Below are positions 1 through 13,830 of a DNA stretch of 64,000 nucleotides, piece by piece. Origin of the DNA: Eledone cirrhosa. Taxonomy: Eukaryota. The DNA is taken from the NCBI GenBank assembly GCA_964016885.1, contig OZ024743.1:147498001-147562000 (forward strand), in the 5' to 3' direction. The notes below the pieces were generated by a model. The model was not told where the DNA came from. It saw only the letters and a list, made by a program, of their open reading frames with translations, and searched no databases. The translations under genes and the position numbers were made by a program. Every line of letters starts with the position of its first letter. Within the stretch, counting starts at the first letter, position 1.

Positions 1-103
1 AATGATCAAGAATGAGAGACATTTCAAGATGATGTTAAACGATAGTAAATAGACACGCAAAGAGGAAAGGAGACACAAAACGAGACAGAAATGTGGAAGA
101 AAA

Positions 104-220
104 TTACTACTACAACTACTACTACTACTACTACTACTACTATTACTACTACTACTGCTACTACTACTGCTGTTGCTGCTGCTGCTGCTACTACTACTAC
201 TACTACTACTGCTGCTGTTG

Positions 221-280
<60 letters not shown>

Positions 281-328
281 GCAACAACAACAACATTAAC
301 AACAACAAAAATAATAATAATAATAATA
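104..328. repeat. (ACT)n/(GCT)n/(AAC)n/(AAT)n compound trinucleotide microsatellite; representative of dozens of (TA)n, (CA)n, (GA)n, (GAT)n and (TCTA)n tracts across the window
   Basis: Direct reading; explains the poly-T/V/Y ORFs. Confidence 0.98.
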
Positions 329-550
329 GTTATAGTTTGATCAGCTCGTAGCTTAGTTACATGTGGTTAGGGTTGAAGGTTATGTGTGTCTATCATTGAT
401 TAGTCTGATTGGAGCAGTTGCCAGTGAATAATATAAAGGAAAAGACTGACTGTCTAACTAGACGGGCAGATACACGAACACACACACACACACACATACA
501 TACATGCATACATACATATATATATGCATGCATACATACATATATATATG

Positions 551-592
<42 letters not shown>

Positions 593-616
593 TGTATGTA
601 TATATATATATTTATG

Positions 617-680
<64 letters not shown>

Positions 681-1424
681 TCCTCACACACGCAAGCACA
701 CACATATGCGTATACATACATATTTGAGGATGTGTGTGTATGTATGGGTATATGTTTCTGTACATATAATTTCGTTGGTTTCAAGAGTAGCAGCATAATA
801 AATACATTAACCACATGTCCACCCCTTCGTCTTTACTTTTAACAGCTGTAGTGATGATGTTCTGTTAGGGTACATGTTTATGGTTATGGTTTTCTTTTGT
901 ATACAAATATATCAAGAAAATCACCCTGTATGTTTTAACACTTTGCTGATTAAGAGAAAATATCTTGTGAGTCGAGAACCTACACCTGCTATACATGTTG
1001 CCAGCACTCTATCACACTATCTTTACCACTGTAATCAAAACTTATCGGAACTATTATCATCACCACAACCACTACTTTAAGAGACAAAACTACCAACGAA
1101 GATGTCCGTACGTGGCCGTTCGACCTGATAGAAATAACTGATAAATCTCCATTAAATCACACAAAATCATTCTAGAAAAGGACATGTTGGATAAAGTGGC
1201 CCCGAGTTTCCTGGGCATTGGAAAATGTTGGGAAGGTTACAAATGGTATATATTTGATCAGGGTTTGTCTAGAGCTAAACAACAATAACAACAAGAACGT
1301 CAACAAATGAGGAGATTCTATTGCTCCATTCGACGTGCTAGAAATAACATCTAAAAGCTTTCGACACATAAATTTTGTCCCAAATAAGAATATATTTCTC
1401 ACTCTCTCTCTCTCTGTCTCTCTC

Positions 1425-1473
<49 letters not shown>

Positions 1474-3633
1474 AATCGCCTTCACTCAGTGTACACAATT
1501 ACACACATCCTTATCAGCAACATTACCAACACAATCACAACAACGACAGCTGTAAAATATAACGACCTGCTATACGAGAATATTCACTGTTGTCCAATAA
1601 TTATCCTGAAGAAAGTGGTAAATCATAACTGATGACAGAATAAATTCTGGCTTCTTAGCAGATGACTGTTTTATACAAACGACCCTTGCACTATAAACAA
1701 GGCGTTAGTAATAGGTTGGTAAGGTATCTCTGTGTGTGTGTATCTGATTAGGAAAGTAGAATCATATATACATAATATATGAAACACAGCTATATATATA
1801 TATATATATATACACAGTTACACATATACCCACATATACATATATATTTACTCATACATAACACCAAGAATTTTGTGGTATTATGCTTCAGATTAGATCG
1901 GTCGGAATGTGTTACTCTCAAATTTCTTATTAAATATTTCTGGCAATTTTTTCACTGTATAGTTGAGTTCACTGGAAATTATTTAACCTTAATAAAGCGA
2001 TTACTAATCTTAAAGCAGTTTTTGTTTATTTCATACGACTCATATCTAATTTGAAAAGGATACCAAGGTACCAAGGAAAAAATATAGTGGCGCTTGGGTA
2101 ATAGTATCGAGAAATGACTGCTCTTTCATCATTGAATACTACTTACGAGGTAAGTTGTGAGTTCGATTTGCAGAAACGTGACCTCTTTCAGCATTGAATA
2201 AGTATTTTCTCATGTGTTTGACGTGATTCTTCAAAGTTGTTTAGGCCTGTTCATGCTTATGATATAGTCTAATGTCATATCTAAATATCCTAACTATTTA
2301 TCGAGAACATTGTGACGCAATACCTCAAATTATATTGGTTGGAATGATGCATACTCTGGCGGTATTTTCTTACTCACCAAAATGATTAAACAGTAGAAAG
2401 TAAATTTTGCCAATTCCTATTTCCATTTTCCCAATACCGTGGCCAATCGAACATGGTAATGTGCTTGACTAGAAGCACCCTGTCTATATGTATATAAGGA
2501 AAGTACCTTGCCAAATACGTTTATATTCTTTTAAGATTTGGGGGATATTTGGAGGCTATTTCAAGCAGTTTAAGGTCTCTCATCATTTGCACTTTTTTTT
2601 AGCAGTCATATGATGAAAGAAATTCAATCCATGACAATTCGAAGCTGTTTCCAGCAACTCTGCTTATTGCACCAAGAACCATATTATATAATGTGTCATT
2701 TCACTGAATGACGAAATGAAAATTATTGTAATGGTTAACATATGCTTCAATGAGAAAACTGAAAACTTTCTACCTTATAAACCTCTGAATCGTTTGAGAA
2801 CTTTAACACACACATATACACACACGTACCCAGACACATAATAAACGCATATACACACACATATACAGCACAAGGTAGACATAAGAAGAGAGACATACAA
2901 GAACACAAAGTCTTATAACTGTCACACTTGTTGGAATAGGCATATGGATGTTGCAACACATCGGATGATAGTCCTTCACTTCGAAAAGACAAAGTTCGGA
3001 GAGAGAAGAAAATGGTAGGTTGGAGAAAATAGAGATTGGGTAACAAATATGTTTTTTTCAGCATGCTTAAAGTGGACAGCAAGTATTCCGGCGCATCGGG
3101 GTGGGGGTCAAGTCGGAGAGTCCATGTCTATAATTGGCAGTGTTTTGTGTGTTCAGATGTAGTGCATTTGGTGAATGCTTGTCGTTAATCCTATTTTTCC
3201 CGCGCGTGCGTATGTCTATAAATGTGCGTATGTGTATATGTGCATGAGCTTATGAATGAATGAATATAACAACTGTATACAGCTAGGTATTATACATATA
3301 TACGCAGACACACACAGTATATTATAAAATGCACTATACGTACATTCATATATGCATCGCTATTTAAGAGCACCATGTTAATGAGTTTAAACAGCTCATA
3401 AACATAACTGGAATTCTATAAGAATCCTGCTTCTATAACTCGGCAGAAGCGAAGCGGTATGTAGTCTTGACAACAACTTACAAGTGGGAAACAATACTAC
3501 CGTCGTTTATTCCACTTAGCATTATCCGAGACTAAGTATGTGAAGCAGTCACTACTTTAAAATTCATAACGAATGGTCTTCAAAATGTGTTAAAATAAAC
3601 ATACAGTATATTATCAAATATACTATACGTTCA

Positions 3634-3701
<68 letters not shown>

Positions 3702-3956
3702 AAGAAATATCTACATATTCAATGTAAAATAACGTGCCAACGTGTTCTTGGAAAATAGATAGTACTTGCTTACCTTCCCTTTACTGTCACATGACATTGA
3801 ACACGGAGCTTACTACTGTAATGACGATTTCATACCTAGACTCTGATCTGTTTCGAAGAGTCTAATTCTTCGCTGATGAAACTGCTCTTAGCAAATTACG
3901 TAATGCTTAATAGCATTACCTCATTTCTTTCCACGCCATTTCCATTTGGACTGTCG

Positions 3957-3996
3957 CCAGCAGATGAACTAGTCGAAACTAATGTATTAGTCCTGG
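3957..3996 (+). ncRNA. Minimal type I hammerhead-like motif (U4A variant)
   Basis: CCAG-CAGATGA-ACTAGTC-GAAA-CTAAT-gt-ATTAG-TC^CTGG. Stem I CCAG/CTGG, 5-bp stem III and GUC triplet present; stem II vestigial. Confidence 0.65.
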
Positions 3997-4194
3997 GCCA
4001 GGGAACCAAATTCTCTACCCACACGAAATCATTTTTTTAAAATATTTAACAACGTATTAGTGTGCACTCTGTTTTCATTTTAGATGGTATCTTAATGATA
4101 CTGTCTTAAAAGCATTGAGTGAGCGAAGGTATATCGGTCCTATCCAATGACTTCGTTTCAGTGAACCATTATTATTATCATATATATATATATA

Positions 4195-4374
4195 TTGGCA
4201 GTATCGGTAGAGGGTCGGATGCCATGCTTTCCAGCATAGTTACGTCCCTTTACGGTCTGAGTTCAAATCCCGTCGAGGTTAACTTTACCTTTCATCCTTA
4301 CGGGGTCGATAAAATAAAGTACCAGTAATGTACTGGGATAATTGCTGGCCTTGTGCCAAAAGTAGAAACAATTA
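4195..4374 (+). mobile_element. tRNA-derived SINE (dominant family in window)
   Basis: A-box-like TGGCAGTATCGG, B-box GAGTTCAAATCC, body CTTTCATCCTTACGGGGTCGATAAAATAAAGTACCAG, 3' end GTAGAAACAATTA; flanked by duplicated ATTATTATCATATATA. Confidence 0.92.
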
Positions 4375-4667
4375 TTATCATATATATATATACATATATA
4401 CCATGTTTTTGTATGCATCACTGAATGTGATACATTAATTATAAGTATATAAATCGTTTGTGCATCGCATGTGTAAGGCAGCATTGACTAATTTGGGGTT
4501 ATATGTCCGATGTCTTATATTCTGAAACCAACCATACTCAAAGCTTAGATATTTAGAGGTTTTGTTTGATTGAAGCAGTTACTCACATGAGGCATACTGT
4601 AGTGAGACTACTACTAGTAATAACAGGAGTAGTATTTTAAGTAGTAATAGTAATAAGAGTAGTAACA

Positions 4668-7600
4668 GTGGTATGGAGGTCGAACCACCCGACCTTCACA
4701 AGACCCCGGGAGGTAAGTAAACCTTCCCTCTCTCTTTTATCTTGCCAACATGGCCATATTAAGAGTAGGAAGTTTAAATGTTCGCTGCCTGGGGTCTCCC
4801 TGGAAGCAGGGTCGCCTGCTCAACGACCTCAGGTCGCTGGAAATGGATGTGATTGCCGTCAGCGAGACCAGAATTTCCGACACGCGCGCACTAGCCCCCA
4901 TTTTCGACGACTATCAGATCTTCGCATCTATTAGCAGGCCGGGAATGGGAGGTGGGGTGGCAGTGCTGTTTATGAAAGGACTGGATCTCGAGGTAAGGTA
5001 TCTTCCGGGATCCGGACGGTAAGTTAGTGGTCTTGGATGTGAGCAGTAGCGAAGGTGATGTCTTTAGACTTCTGGCCGTCTACGCCCCTACAGGGGCCGG
5101 ACAACAGGACTTCTTTAGGGGCCTGGAGACCTTTCTGGGTACGTCTCGCCCTTTACTGTTAGCGGGGGACTGGAATGGCATCTTAGACGCACGCTGGGAT
5201 TGTGTGGGAGTAGCTGATAGGAGCCGGGGGTGTAAAAGCCAGTTCCAACTGTCTGACAGGTATCGACTAGATTTCCCCAATGTGCCAGTATGGACATGGA
5301 ACAACCGAATGGGGTCATCTAGATCGTATATAGACAGGATCTTCATTAAGAAAATAGATAGAAATAGTGTAGGCTGCCCACTTTTTAAAACGGTCGCCTA
5401 TTCAGATCACAAATTTGTGATCTGTACGGTCGACCTAGATAAAACGCGTAGGTTAGGACCGGGTTACTGAAAGCTGAACATGTCATTTCCGGCACGTAAG
5501 GCTTACAGTGATCGAGTCAACAATTTAGTTAAGCAAAAGTTGACAGGGGGATCATCAACAACAGATGGGGAGGGGCTCTCAAAAGAGAGATTAGAGTAAT
5601 TTCGATAGAGCTCAGCAAAGAACTAGCGTTAGAGAAAAATAGAAAGCAGGGGGAGCTGGTAGATAAGTTAGACGAGGCTATTTGTAGTGGCATTGCAACT
5701 GCCGTGCTAGCGGCGAGAATTGCATTGGACCATTTCTTCAATGCGAAACACGAAGGTTGCAATGTCAGATCTAAGGCGCGTGCGCTGAGAAACGAGGGAA
5801 CCAAAGCTGTTCGATGGGCCCGCGTGGCGGAGGCGCAGTGTGGTAATAAAACCACAATTCGGTCTCTTGCGGACCGAGACGGACACGAGATAAGCGATTC
5901 CAAGCGGATGTGTGAGGCCTTCTGCCAGCACTTTGCTCGGTTGTTCGGGGAGAGTGGCGAGTCAGAGAGAGTAGCGGATTTCAGGCCCTACCTTGACGGC
6001 TTGCCGCGCATCTCGAAAGTCGACACTGAGCGCTGCGAAAGACCAATTACTTCAGCCGAAATTCAGGACGCCCTTGTCGGCTGCATGAGGCGCAAGTCAC
6101 CCGGTTTGGATGGCCTGCCCTACGAGCTTTACGTAAATATGCCAGACTTGTTCTCCAATCTCCTCGAAGCACTCTACTGCAATTGGCTTATGCGGACGAC
6201 ATCACCATGATGGTGTCGAACACCTCAGAAATCGAGGTAGTCGGCACCTTATTCAAGGAATATGAAAGGCTCACAGAAGCCAAACTTAACCCTGAAAAGT
6301 CGGTGGGCTTGCAGCACGGAACCTGGAGAGGCAGGCCCATGCCGTCCAACAGCGTCGTGGGGCGCTGGACGGACTGGTAAAGTTGCTCGGGGTTTGGTTC
6401 GGACCACACCTCCAGGTGGAAAAGAATTGGGATGAGGTAAAGAGCAGAGTAGCCAGTCTCACCCAAAAATGGGCTGGGAGGAAGTTATCACTGAAAGGTC
6501 GTGCGGATGTGGCGAATGCGTACATCGCGTCCGTCATCTACTACCGACTGATCGTCGTGCCTTGCCCCAGTCCGCACCTCGTCAAGTTAGAACGGCTCCT
6601 CTTCAAATTCTTGTGGAGGGGACAAGTTCCGTTGGTGAGGCATTCCATCTGCTGTCAGCACCCTCTACGCGGAGGGCTGGGCATGCCGTGGCTAATGATG
6701 GGCAGACATGCGTTGAGGCTGCGACATCTCCAGATATTCTGCCTAAACGGTGAACAGGTCTGGTCGCCGTTTATCAGACGGGCCTTTCCGCAGCTGATTT
6801 CTTTGACTGAGCTGCAGTCCTGGGTCAAGAAAAGACCGAGACTCGGTGACTGGCACCTGGAATGTTGCCAGGCACTCACTGCTCTCTACCAAGCAGGCAA
6901 TGTGATCAGTGGAATTTCCACTCTCGAGTTCTATAGAGGATTAGTGGTGGGCAAGTGCGATGACGCACTCGGAGAAGCTTTGGACCTCGACGAAATCGAA
7001 CTGGCCAGTCTGTACCGGAGGACTTTCGAGCCGGGGACGATGGACAATTTCCAGAAATCTCTCGCTTGGAAGTGCTACCGGGGGGGGGGGGGGGGCACTG
7101 CCGGTTCGGAATAAACTCTACAGGCACGGAAGTGCTGTCAGACGGACATGTCAAGATGCGCACAGAAGGACGAAACCGTTCTGCACGCACTTGTCCAATG
7201 TCCGTGCATTACTGACTTGTGGAGTTATGTTGAACAGCTACTGTCGCGTGTGGAACGAATCCTGCTATCGGCCAAGTCCATAGTGAAGAGCGACCCGCCG
7301 CCCTCCTTAAGTCAGGAAGAGCAGGACATTTTCCTCTGTCTAGTGGCAGTTGCGAAGGAGGTTATATGGTGGACCAGATTAATAGGACTGAAGACAGACA
7401 CTTTTCTCTTCGGCCAATCCCTCATCAACTTCTTCAAGTTTCACCCGGAAAGGAAGGCGAGGGTGGAGAGAGAAGTGCTGCACCCCAGTACATTTGCTAA
7501 AAGGTGGATGAATGTGGCGAGAATGGCTCGTGTGAATTGGCCTACTCTGACCATGCGCCTATAGGCTAGCTAACTTGGGGAGAGGGGTGCTCTCCCTGGG

Positions 7601-7830
7601 TGCCCTAGAAGCGCAGGGTTGTTTAGAATTGGTGGGGTACCCGAGTCGCCCCAGGGTCGTCCACCCCCTATCGGGGAATTTATTTTGTTATATATATGCA
7701 TAGTTTATTTTATATTTCTATATCTTCATTGTTAAATTGTACACTTTTACTCGACCTTATTGTAAACCCCCACAGTCCCTGTCTTTGTATTGTCCCCTAC
7801 ATGTCCGCCCTTGTGGCTAATAAATGAAAT
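4668..7830 (+). mobile_element. 5'-truncated, internally deleted L1/Tx1-clade LINE (ORF2 pseudogene: APE, RT remnant, C-terminal Cys/His motif)
   Basis: GC-rich block. APE motifs SLNVR, DVIAVSET, LLAGDWN, YIDRI, SDH; pre-RT KSPGLDGLPYELY; YADD; C-terminal RC...DETVLHALVQCP; AATAAA near 7820 then ATT repeats. Frameshifts and stops present. Confidence 0.93.
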
Positions 7831-7920
7831 CATTATTATTAATATTATTATAATTAGTTGTAGTAGTAACAGTAGTAGTAGTGGCAGGAGCAGCAGCATC
7901 AGCAGCAGTAGTAGTAGTAA

Positions 7921-8108
7921 TAATTGTTTCTACTATTGGCACAAGGCCAGCAATTACACAGTACATTACTGGTACTTTATTTTATCGACCCCGTAAGGAT
8001 GAAAGGCAAACTTAACCTCGACGGGATTTGAACTCAGAATGGCAAGGGCCGTAACTCAATGCGTGAAAGCATGGCGTCCGACCCTCTACCGATACTGCCA
8101 ATCCACCG
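7921..8108 (-). mobile_element. tRNA-derived SINE
   Basis: Reverse complement of the family at 4195. Confidence 0.92.
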
Positions 8109-8148
8109 TAGTCGTACAGCAGCAGCAGCAGTGGTAATAGTAGTAATG

Positions 8149-8213
<65 letters not shown>

Positions 8214-8462
8214 TAGTAGAAATATTAATACTGTGGTTGTTAGTAACGGTGATGTTATGGATAGTTCTGGAAGTGGAAAGAGTGGTGGCTGACGGTGGGG
8301 AGGGGTGTCATGATGCTGTTTCTTTGTTGTATGTAAAAGATAGTAAAAATTACATTTATGTTTCATGCCATTTATTATTTCAATTATCACCTCGTCTCAT
8401 CTATTTATACTTGTATCCCATCTCTCCTTCTCTGTATATAAATATATATATACACACACGGA

Positions 8463-8575
<113 letters not shown>

Positions 8576-8806
8576 ACACACACACACACACACCACACAC
8601 ACACACACCACACACACACGCACACAAAACACACACAAATGAATGAAACCATTAAAAGAATATATTTATTTATAAAAACACAGAGAGGACAAGACAACGT
8701 AATATATGTATATATATACACTCACGCGCACACGCAAATACACACACACACACGCACACACACATATACACACACACATACACAACACACATATATATAT
8801 ATATAC

Positions 8807-9031
8807 GAAAAGATTCAGGAGCCCGACGGCTGGATCCAAACAGACGATGGTGATCATGATGATGATTAAATTGATGAAGTATTTGGCGTTCGGATCTAGC
8901 TGTCGAAACGGGCGGAGCCCAGCTGTTGGGGGCCAGAATCTATTCATATTACCCACTACCCACTCTATTACCCCAAGTATCGAGCACTCTGGTGGGTTAT
9001 GTTCCACCTGGTATCTTACCACACCCTCTCT
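8807..9031 (+). mobile_element. Hairpin-headed, (TA)n-inserted short element with HHR 3' half (family H)
   Basis: GAAAAGATTC...GAATCTATTC inverted head, then TTACCCACT...AAGTATCGAGCACTCTGGTGGGTTATGTTCCACCTGG; homologous to 34456, 36189, 51098 and 54414. Confidence 0.75.
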
Positions 9032-9043
9032 GATATATATATA

Positions 9044-9337
9044 TATCACAGAAAAAATCAGAATCAGTGTTGCGACGAATGGAATTTATTGGACATATTA
9101 CAATCTATGTCCTTTTACGTCGATATGCTTCTCGGTGACAAGCGAAGTATATCGATGTAAAAGGACATAGGAAAATCTGCTTCGTAGAATCAAGACTTAT
9201 TTGAGGACCTTGCGATTTTCAGAGTCAGGTTCGATCATCACATCGATCGTGCCTCGAGCTGGTCACCAGAGAAATTATTGTAATATGCCCAATAAATTCC
9301 ATTCGTCGCCACACTGATTCTCTTTTTTTCTGTGATA
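9044..9337. repeat. Inverted repeat (~60 bp arms) enclosing a second ~27 bp-stem hairpin
   Basis: TCACAGAAAAAA...CATATTACAAT pairs with ATTGTAATATG...TTTTCTGTGA; inner CTATGTCCTTTTACGTCGATATGCTTC / GAAGTATATCGATGTAAAAGGACATAG. Confidence 0.9.
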
Positions 9338-9411
9338 CCATACTCTGCTCTATGAGAGCATCGAGTGTTCATACGGCCTACCGCATTCGGACGCTTTAAG
9401 CAACCAACACC

Positions 9412-9457
<46 letters not shown>

Positions 9458-10107
9458 AATTAATCAATCAATAGAATCATCTAATTAAATTAATCAGTTA
9501 ATCGTTAATTCTAGGAGTAAATACACATTTTAGTACATCATTAACGAAGCTTTAGAACACGGCAAAGCTAACGAATGCAGATTCGGTCTGTAGCTTTAGC
9601 TCTCAGATGGGGAAAAGAACCTCAGAGTAATAATAATACGTTCAGACAGCTTAGCAAATCAGATATAGCGGTCGGCAGTCCAGCCGCATCACTAGAGCAA
9701 CGAAAATACAGGACCCAGGAAAAGATTTTATACTACCCCGGACAAAGCGGTGAGGCTGAATGCAAAATATATGTACTAAAATATATATATATATATATAA
9801 GTATGTACACGTACATACGTATATGTATACAGACGTACAGTAGTATGTATATATATATACATACATGCACACATATATATATGTACGTATGGATTCATCG
9901 AACATTTATTACAATGCTCGGTGTGTTTGCAAACAAACATCCCGTATTAAGCCGTAGAGTGGGAAATGAAATTTCGTTTCATTTTTCCCGTTTATCGTTT
10001 CCGGTGCACCTGGCCGATTAACCCACTCGATATGCAAATTGGGCTACTCAGCCGTTAATATGTATTAGGTAAGTATATACGTTCAACAATCTGGCAGGAA
10101 GGTATAC

Positions 10108-10146
10108 GTTGCTGACGATAGCTAATAAGCTTGAAACTAGTACAGC
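10108..10146 (+). ncRNA. Type I hammerhead ribozyme
   Basis: GTTG-CTGACGA-T-AGC-taataa-GCT-T-GAAA-CTAG-TA^CAGC. Confidence 0.85.
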
Positions 10147-10524
10147 TTCCTTTGTCAGTGTTGAACAAACGATCAACGATGGTTGCTGGACACTACGGCT
10201 TAATACGGGATGTTTGTTTACAAACACACCGAGCATTATAATAAATGTTCGGTGAATCCATACGTACATATATATATGTGTGCATGTATGTATATATATA
10301 TACATACTACTGTACGTCTGTATACATATACGTATGTACGTGTACATACTTATATTTAAGTAACAGCCGTACTAAGAGTGGGAAATGAAATTTCGTTTCA
10401 TTTTTTCCGTTTATCGTTTTCGGTGCACCCGGCCGATTAACCCACTCGATATGCAAATTTGGCTACTCAGCCGTTAATATGCATAAGGTAAGTATATACG
10501 TTCAACAATCTGGCAGGAAGGTGT

Positions 10525-10567
10525 ACGTTGCTGACGATAGCTAATAAGCTTGAAACTAGTACAGCGT
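10525..10567 (+). ncRNA. Type I hammerhead ribozyme
   Basis: ACGTTG-CTGACGA-TAGCtaataaGCTT-GAAA-CTAG-TA^CAGCGT; helix I extends via GTTCAAC..CTGGCA / TGTCAG..GTTGAAC. Confidence 0.88.
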
Positions 10568-10836
10568 TCCTTTGTCAGTGTTGAACAAACGAGCAACGAT
10601 GGTTGCTGGACACTACGGCTTAATACGGGATGTTTGTTTACAAACACACCGAGCATTATAATAAATGTTCGGTGAATCCATACGTACATATATATATGTG
10701 TGCATGTATGTATATATATATATATACATACTACTGTCCGTCTGTATACATATACGTATGTACGTGTACATACTTATATTTAAGTAACAGCCGTACTAAG
10801 AGTGGGAAATGAAATTTCGTTTCATTTTTTCCGTTT

Positions 10837-10900
<64 letters not shown>

Positions 10901-11134
10901 CTACTATAGTTCATAGTAACAGTCCGGCTGCTGTCTTCTTAACAAACCACTCTTCACTGATTGACCTCGATGTCACATGATTGATTCTTTTGAATTTGCC
11001 ACCGACGCAGTAGGCAATGATTTTTTCACTGGCTCGGAACTTAGTCCACGCTTTGCTTTTTTCCATCCGGTGAATTATTTTTGTATAAGTTCCCTGTGTC
11101 CACGTATTGCCTGGAAACTTAGCTGAGAATAGAC

Positions 11135-11213
11135 TTCCCTGATGATGAAAGGCTTCTCCGTACGTTTCTTCGGAAACTACGTTTATTCCCTTTCAGAAAC
11201 TAATTAGTTGGAG
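11135..11213 (+). ncRNA. Type I hammerhead ribozyme, long stem II
   Basis: TTCC-CTGATGA-TGAAAGG[36 nt]CCTTTCA-GAAA-CTAATTAG-TT^GGAG. Confidence 0.87.
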
Positions 11214-11266
11214 TGAAATTTTAGTAAGTAAGTTAATTTTTATAATTTTCTAATTTTACGTCTCTC

Positions 11267-11369
<103 letters not shown>

Positions 11370-11610
11370 TAAACTGCTACTATAGTTCATAGTAACAGTC
11401 CGGCTGCTGTCTTCTTAACAAACCACTCTTCACTGATTGACCTCGATGTCACATGATTGATTCTTTTGAATTTGCCACCGACGCAGTAGGCAATGATTTT
11501 TTCACTGGCTCGGAACTTAGTCCACGCTTTGCTTTTTTCCATCCGGTGAATTATTTTTGTATAAGTTCCCTGTGTCCACGTATTGCCTGGAAACTTAGCT
11601 GAGAATAGAC

Positions 11611-11689
11611 TTCCCTGATGATGAAAGGCTTCTCCGTACGTTTCTTCGGAAACTACGTTTATTCCCTTTCAGAAACTAATTAGTTGGAG
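11611..11689 (+). ncRNA. Type I hammerhead ribozyme (duplicate of 11135)
   Basis: Identical motif in the second duplicated unit. Confidence 0.87.
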
Positions 11690-11742
11690 TGAAATTTTAG
11701 TAAGTAAATTAATTTTTATAATTTTCCAATTTTACGTCTCTC

Positions 11743-11913
<171 letters not shown>

Positions 11914-11923
11914 TATACATATA

Positions 11924-12004
<81 letters not shown>

Positions 12005-12057
12005 ATATATATATTGAGTACCTTACTGTGGTTACCTCCGATTCAACCCGGAATAAC

Positions 12058-12156
<99 letters not shown>

Positions 12157-13589
12157 TAAACAAATAATGAACAAACAATTCCTTATATTAAACAAAAAAA
12201 GTTCATTATTTAACGATCGTTTCTAGGATATATATGTGTTATAATTAGATTTAGATTTATCTACATATATATATATATATATATATATATAGCCAAGTTA
12301 TACAAAGATTACTTATATCAACATAGAAATACATATGTCCCCATATTTAAATGAAATATAACACATGTAAAATATGATTCGATCGACCAGTTTATTTATT
12401 CTTAGAATGAGGATTATGATGCTGAAGTCCTTCTGTGATTTTTGTCGTGACGATGACGATGGTGATGATGATGATGTTAATGGTGATGATGATAATGATG
12501 ATAATGATGATGATAAATTTGATGAAGTAGCTGGTGTGGTTTTAACATCCTAGGTGTTAAATTCATTATTTGGACCATGGGGCTATTTCTAGACATTTCC
12601 CTATGTATATTATTAGAATATTCTATCCTGCGAGCACCAAGCAATTCTTGTATTTTCTCTTAAAGATAAAATGATATTTTAGAAAGCTGAAGAAAATTAT
12701 AGCATTTAATTTAATATGATGGAATGAATGGCAGGTAGTTAATATAGTATATTCTGTAACCATCTTCCCACAAGGCATGAATAAAAGATTAGCTAATTTT
12801 AGCGGCTGAGTTTCTCAGTCTCAGTCACAACTACCTTATAATATTACTATGTCTTGAAGACCTAATGTTATATTATCGTTTCGCTTCCAGAAAAGCATAA
12901 AGTCAATACATTTCGTCGTAAGTATTTAGTACAGATTCCGCACCGACGGAGATCATTTATAATCAACAATGTTCTTACTGGAATCATCCAATTCTCTTCT
13001 CACATACGGCAAATCTTGGATTACTTCATACACTCAGTGATATATATAAAAAATATATTGGCTCCTACTTCTAGCATTTAGAATGGCAACATAGAAGCAC
13101 ACGCTAATGCTCAGCATTTACGATATATCCTAGTTAGATTGCTTCAAGGATTGGATTTAAAATAATTCATCCCCGCACACACATATGCATCCAAGCACAC
13201 ACTCATATGCATATAATGTTGGAAAACTGAGCCACCACCGTAGATAGAACTAGACAGAGAGTACATGTTGTTTATCGAAAAAATGCAGCAACATCAAAAT
13301 TATGTTTATTTTGCGTCTATTATGACGACAATAAAGTAAAATTATGATATAAATATTTCTAACTGCATTTATATACAGTATTTGGAAATGAAGCTTAACG
13401 GTTTGGACACTAGTCCTTCATCTGGATGTTTCGGGGAGACAAGGAAAAAAGGAACACAGATGTGAGTAAAAAAGACAGATTAAAGTAAAAAGAAAGTGTT
13501 GTCAATAATTGAAAAAACGAAAAAATTAGAAAGTTGTTGAAGGGGAGATAAGCACATTCTGGAAAAATCTGGGAAAATCTGTGTGCATG

Positions 13590-13637
<48 letters not shown>

Positions 13638-13651
13638 TGTGTGTGTGTGTG

Positions 13652-13736
<85 letters not shown>

Positions 13737-13792
13737 GTGTGTGTGCGTGTGTGTCTCTGTAATTTTAGAGTAAGGAATCCGTTTTAAAGTAT

Positions 13793-13830
<38 letters not shown>

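Larger units (their letters stand above)
9798..10836 (+). mobile_element. PLE pLTR / retrozyme-like insertion: inverted segment (9798-9957) plus about 2.1 tandem ~420 bp units, one HHR per unit
   Basis: AGTGGGAAATGAAATTTCG recurs at ~9958, ~10377 and ~10801; 9798-9957 is the reverse complement of part of the unit. Confidence 0.88.

Noticed and set aside
1629-1652. CTGATGA followed by hairpin CAGAAT/ATTCTG
   Set aside because: No GAAA, stem III or stem I follows; not called as an HHR.
4195-4275. tRNA-like A/B boxes
   Set aside because: They are SINE heads followed by a shared body and TSDs; no complete cloverleaf.
9958-10836. Possible CRISPR-like or satellite array
   Set aside because: Units are ~420 bp whole-unit duplications with no short repeat/unique spacer pattern; eukaryotic context.
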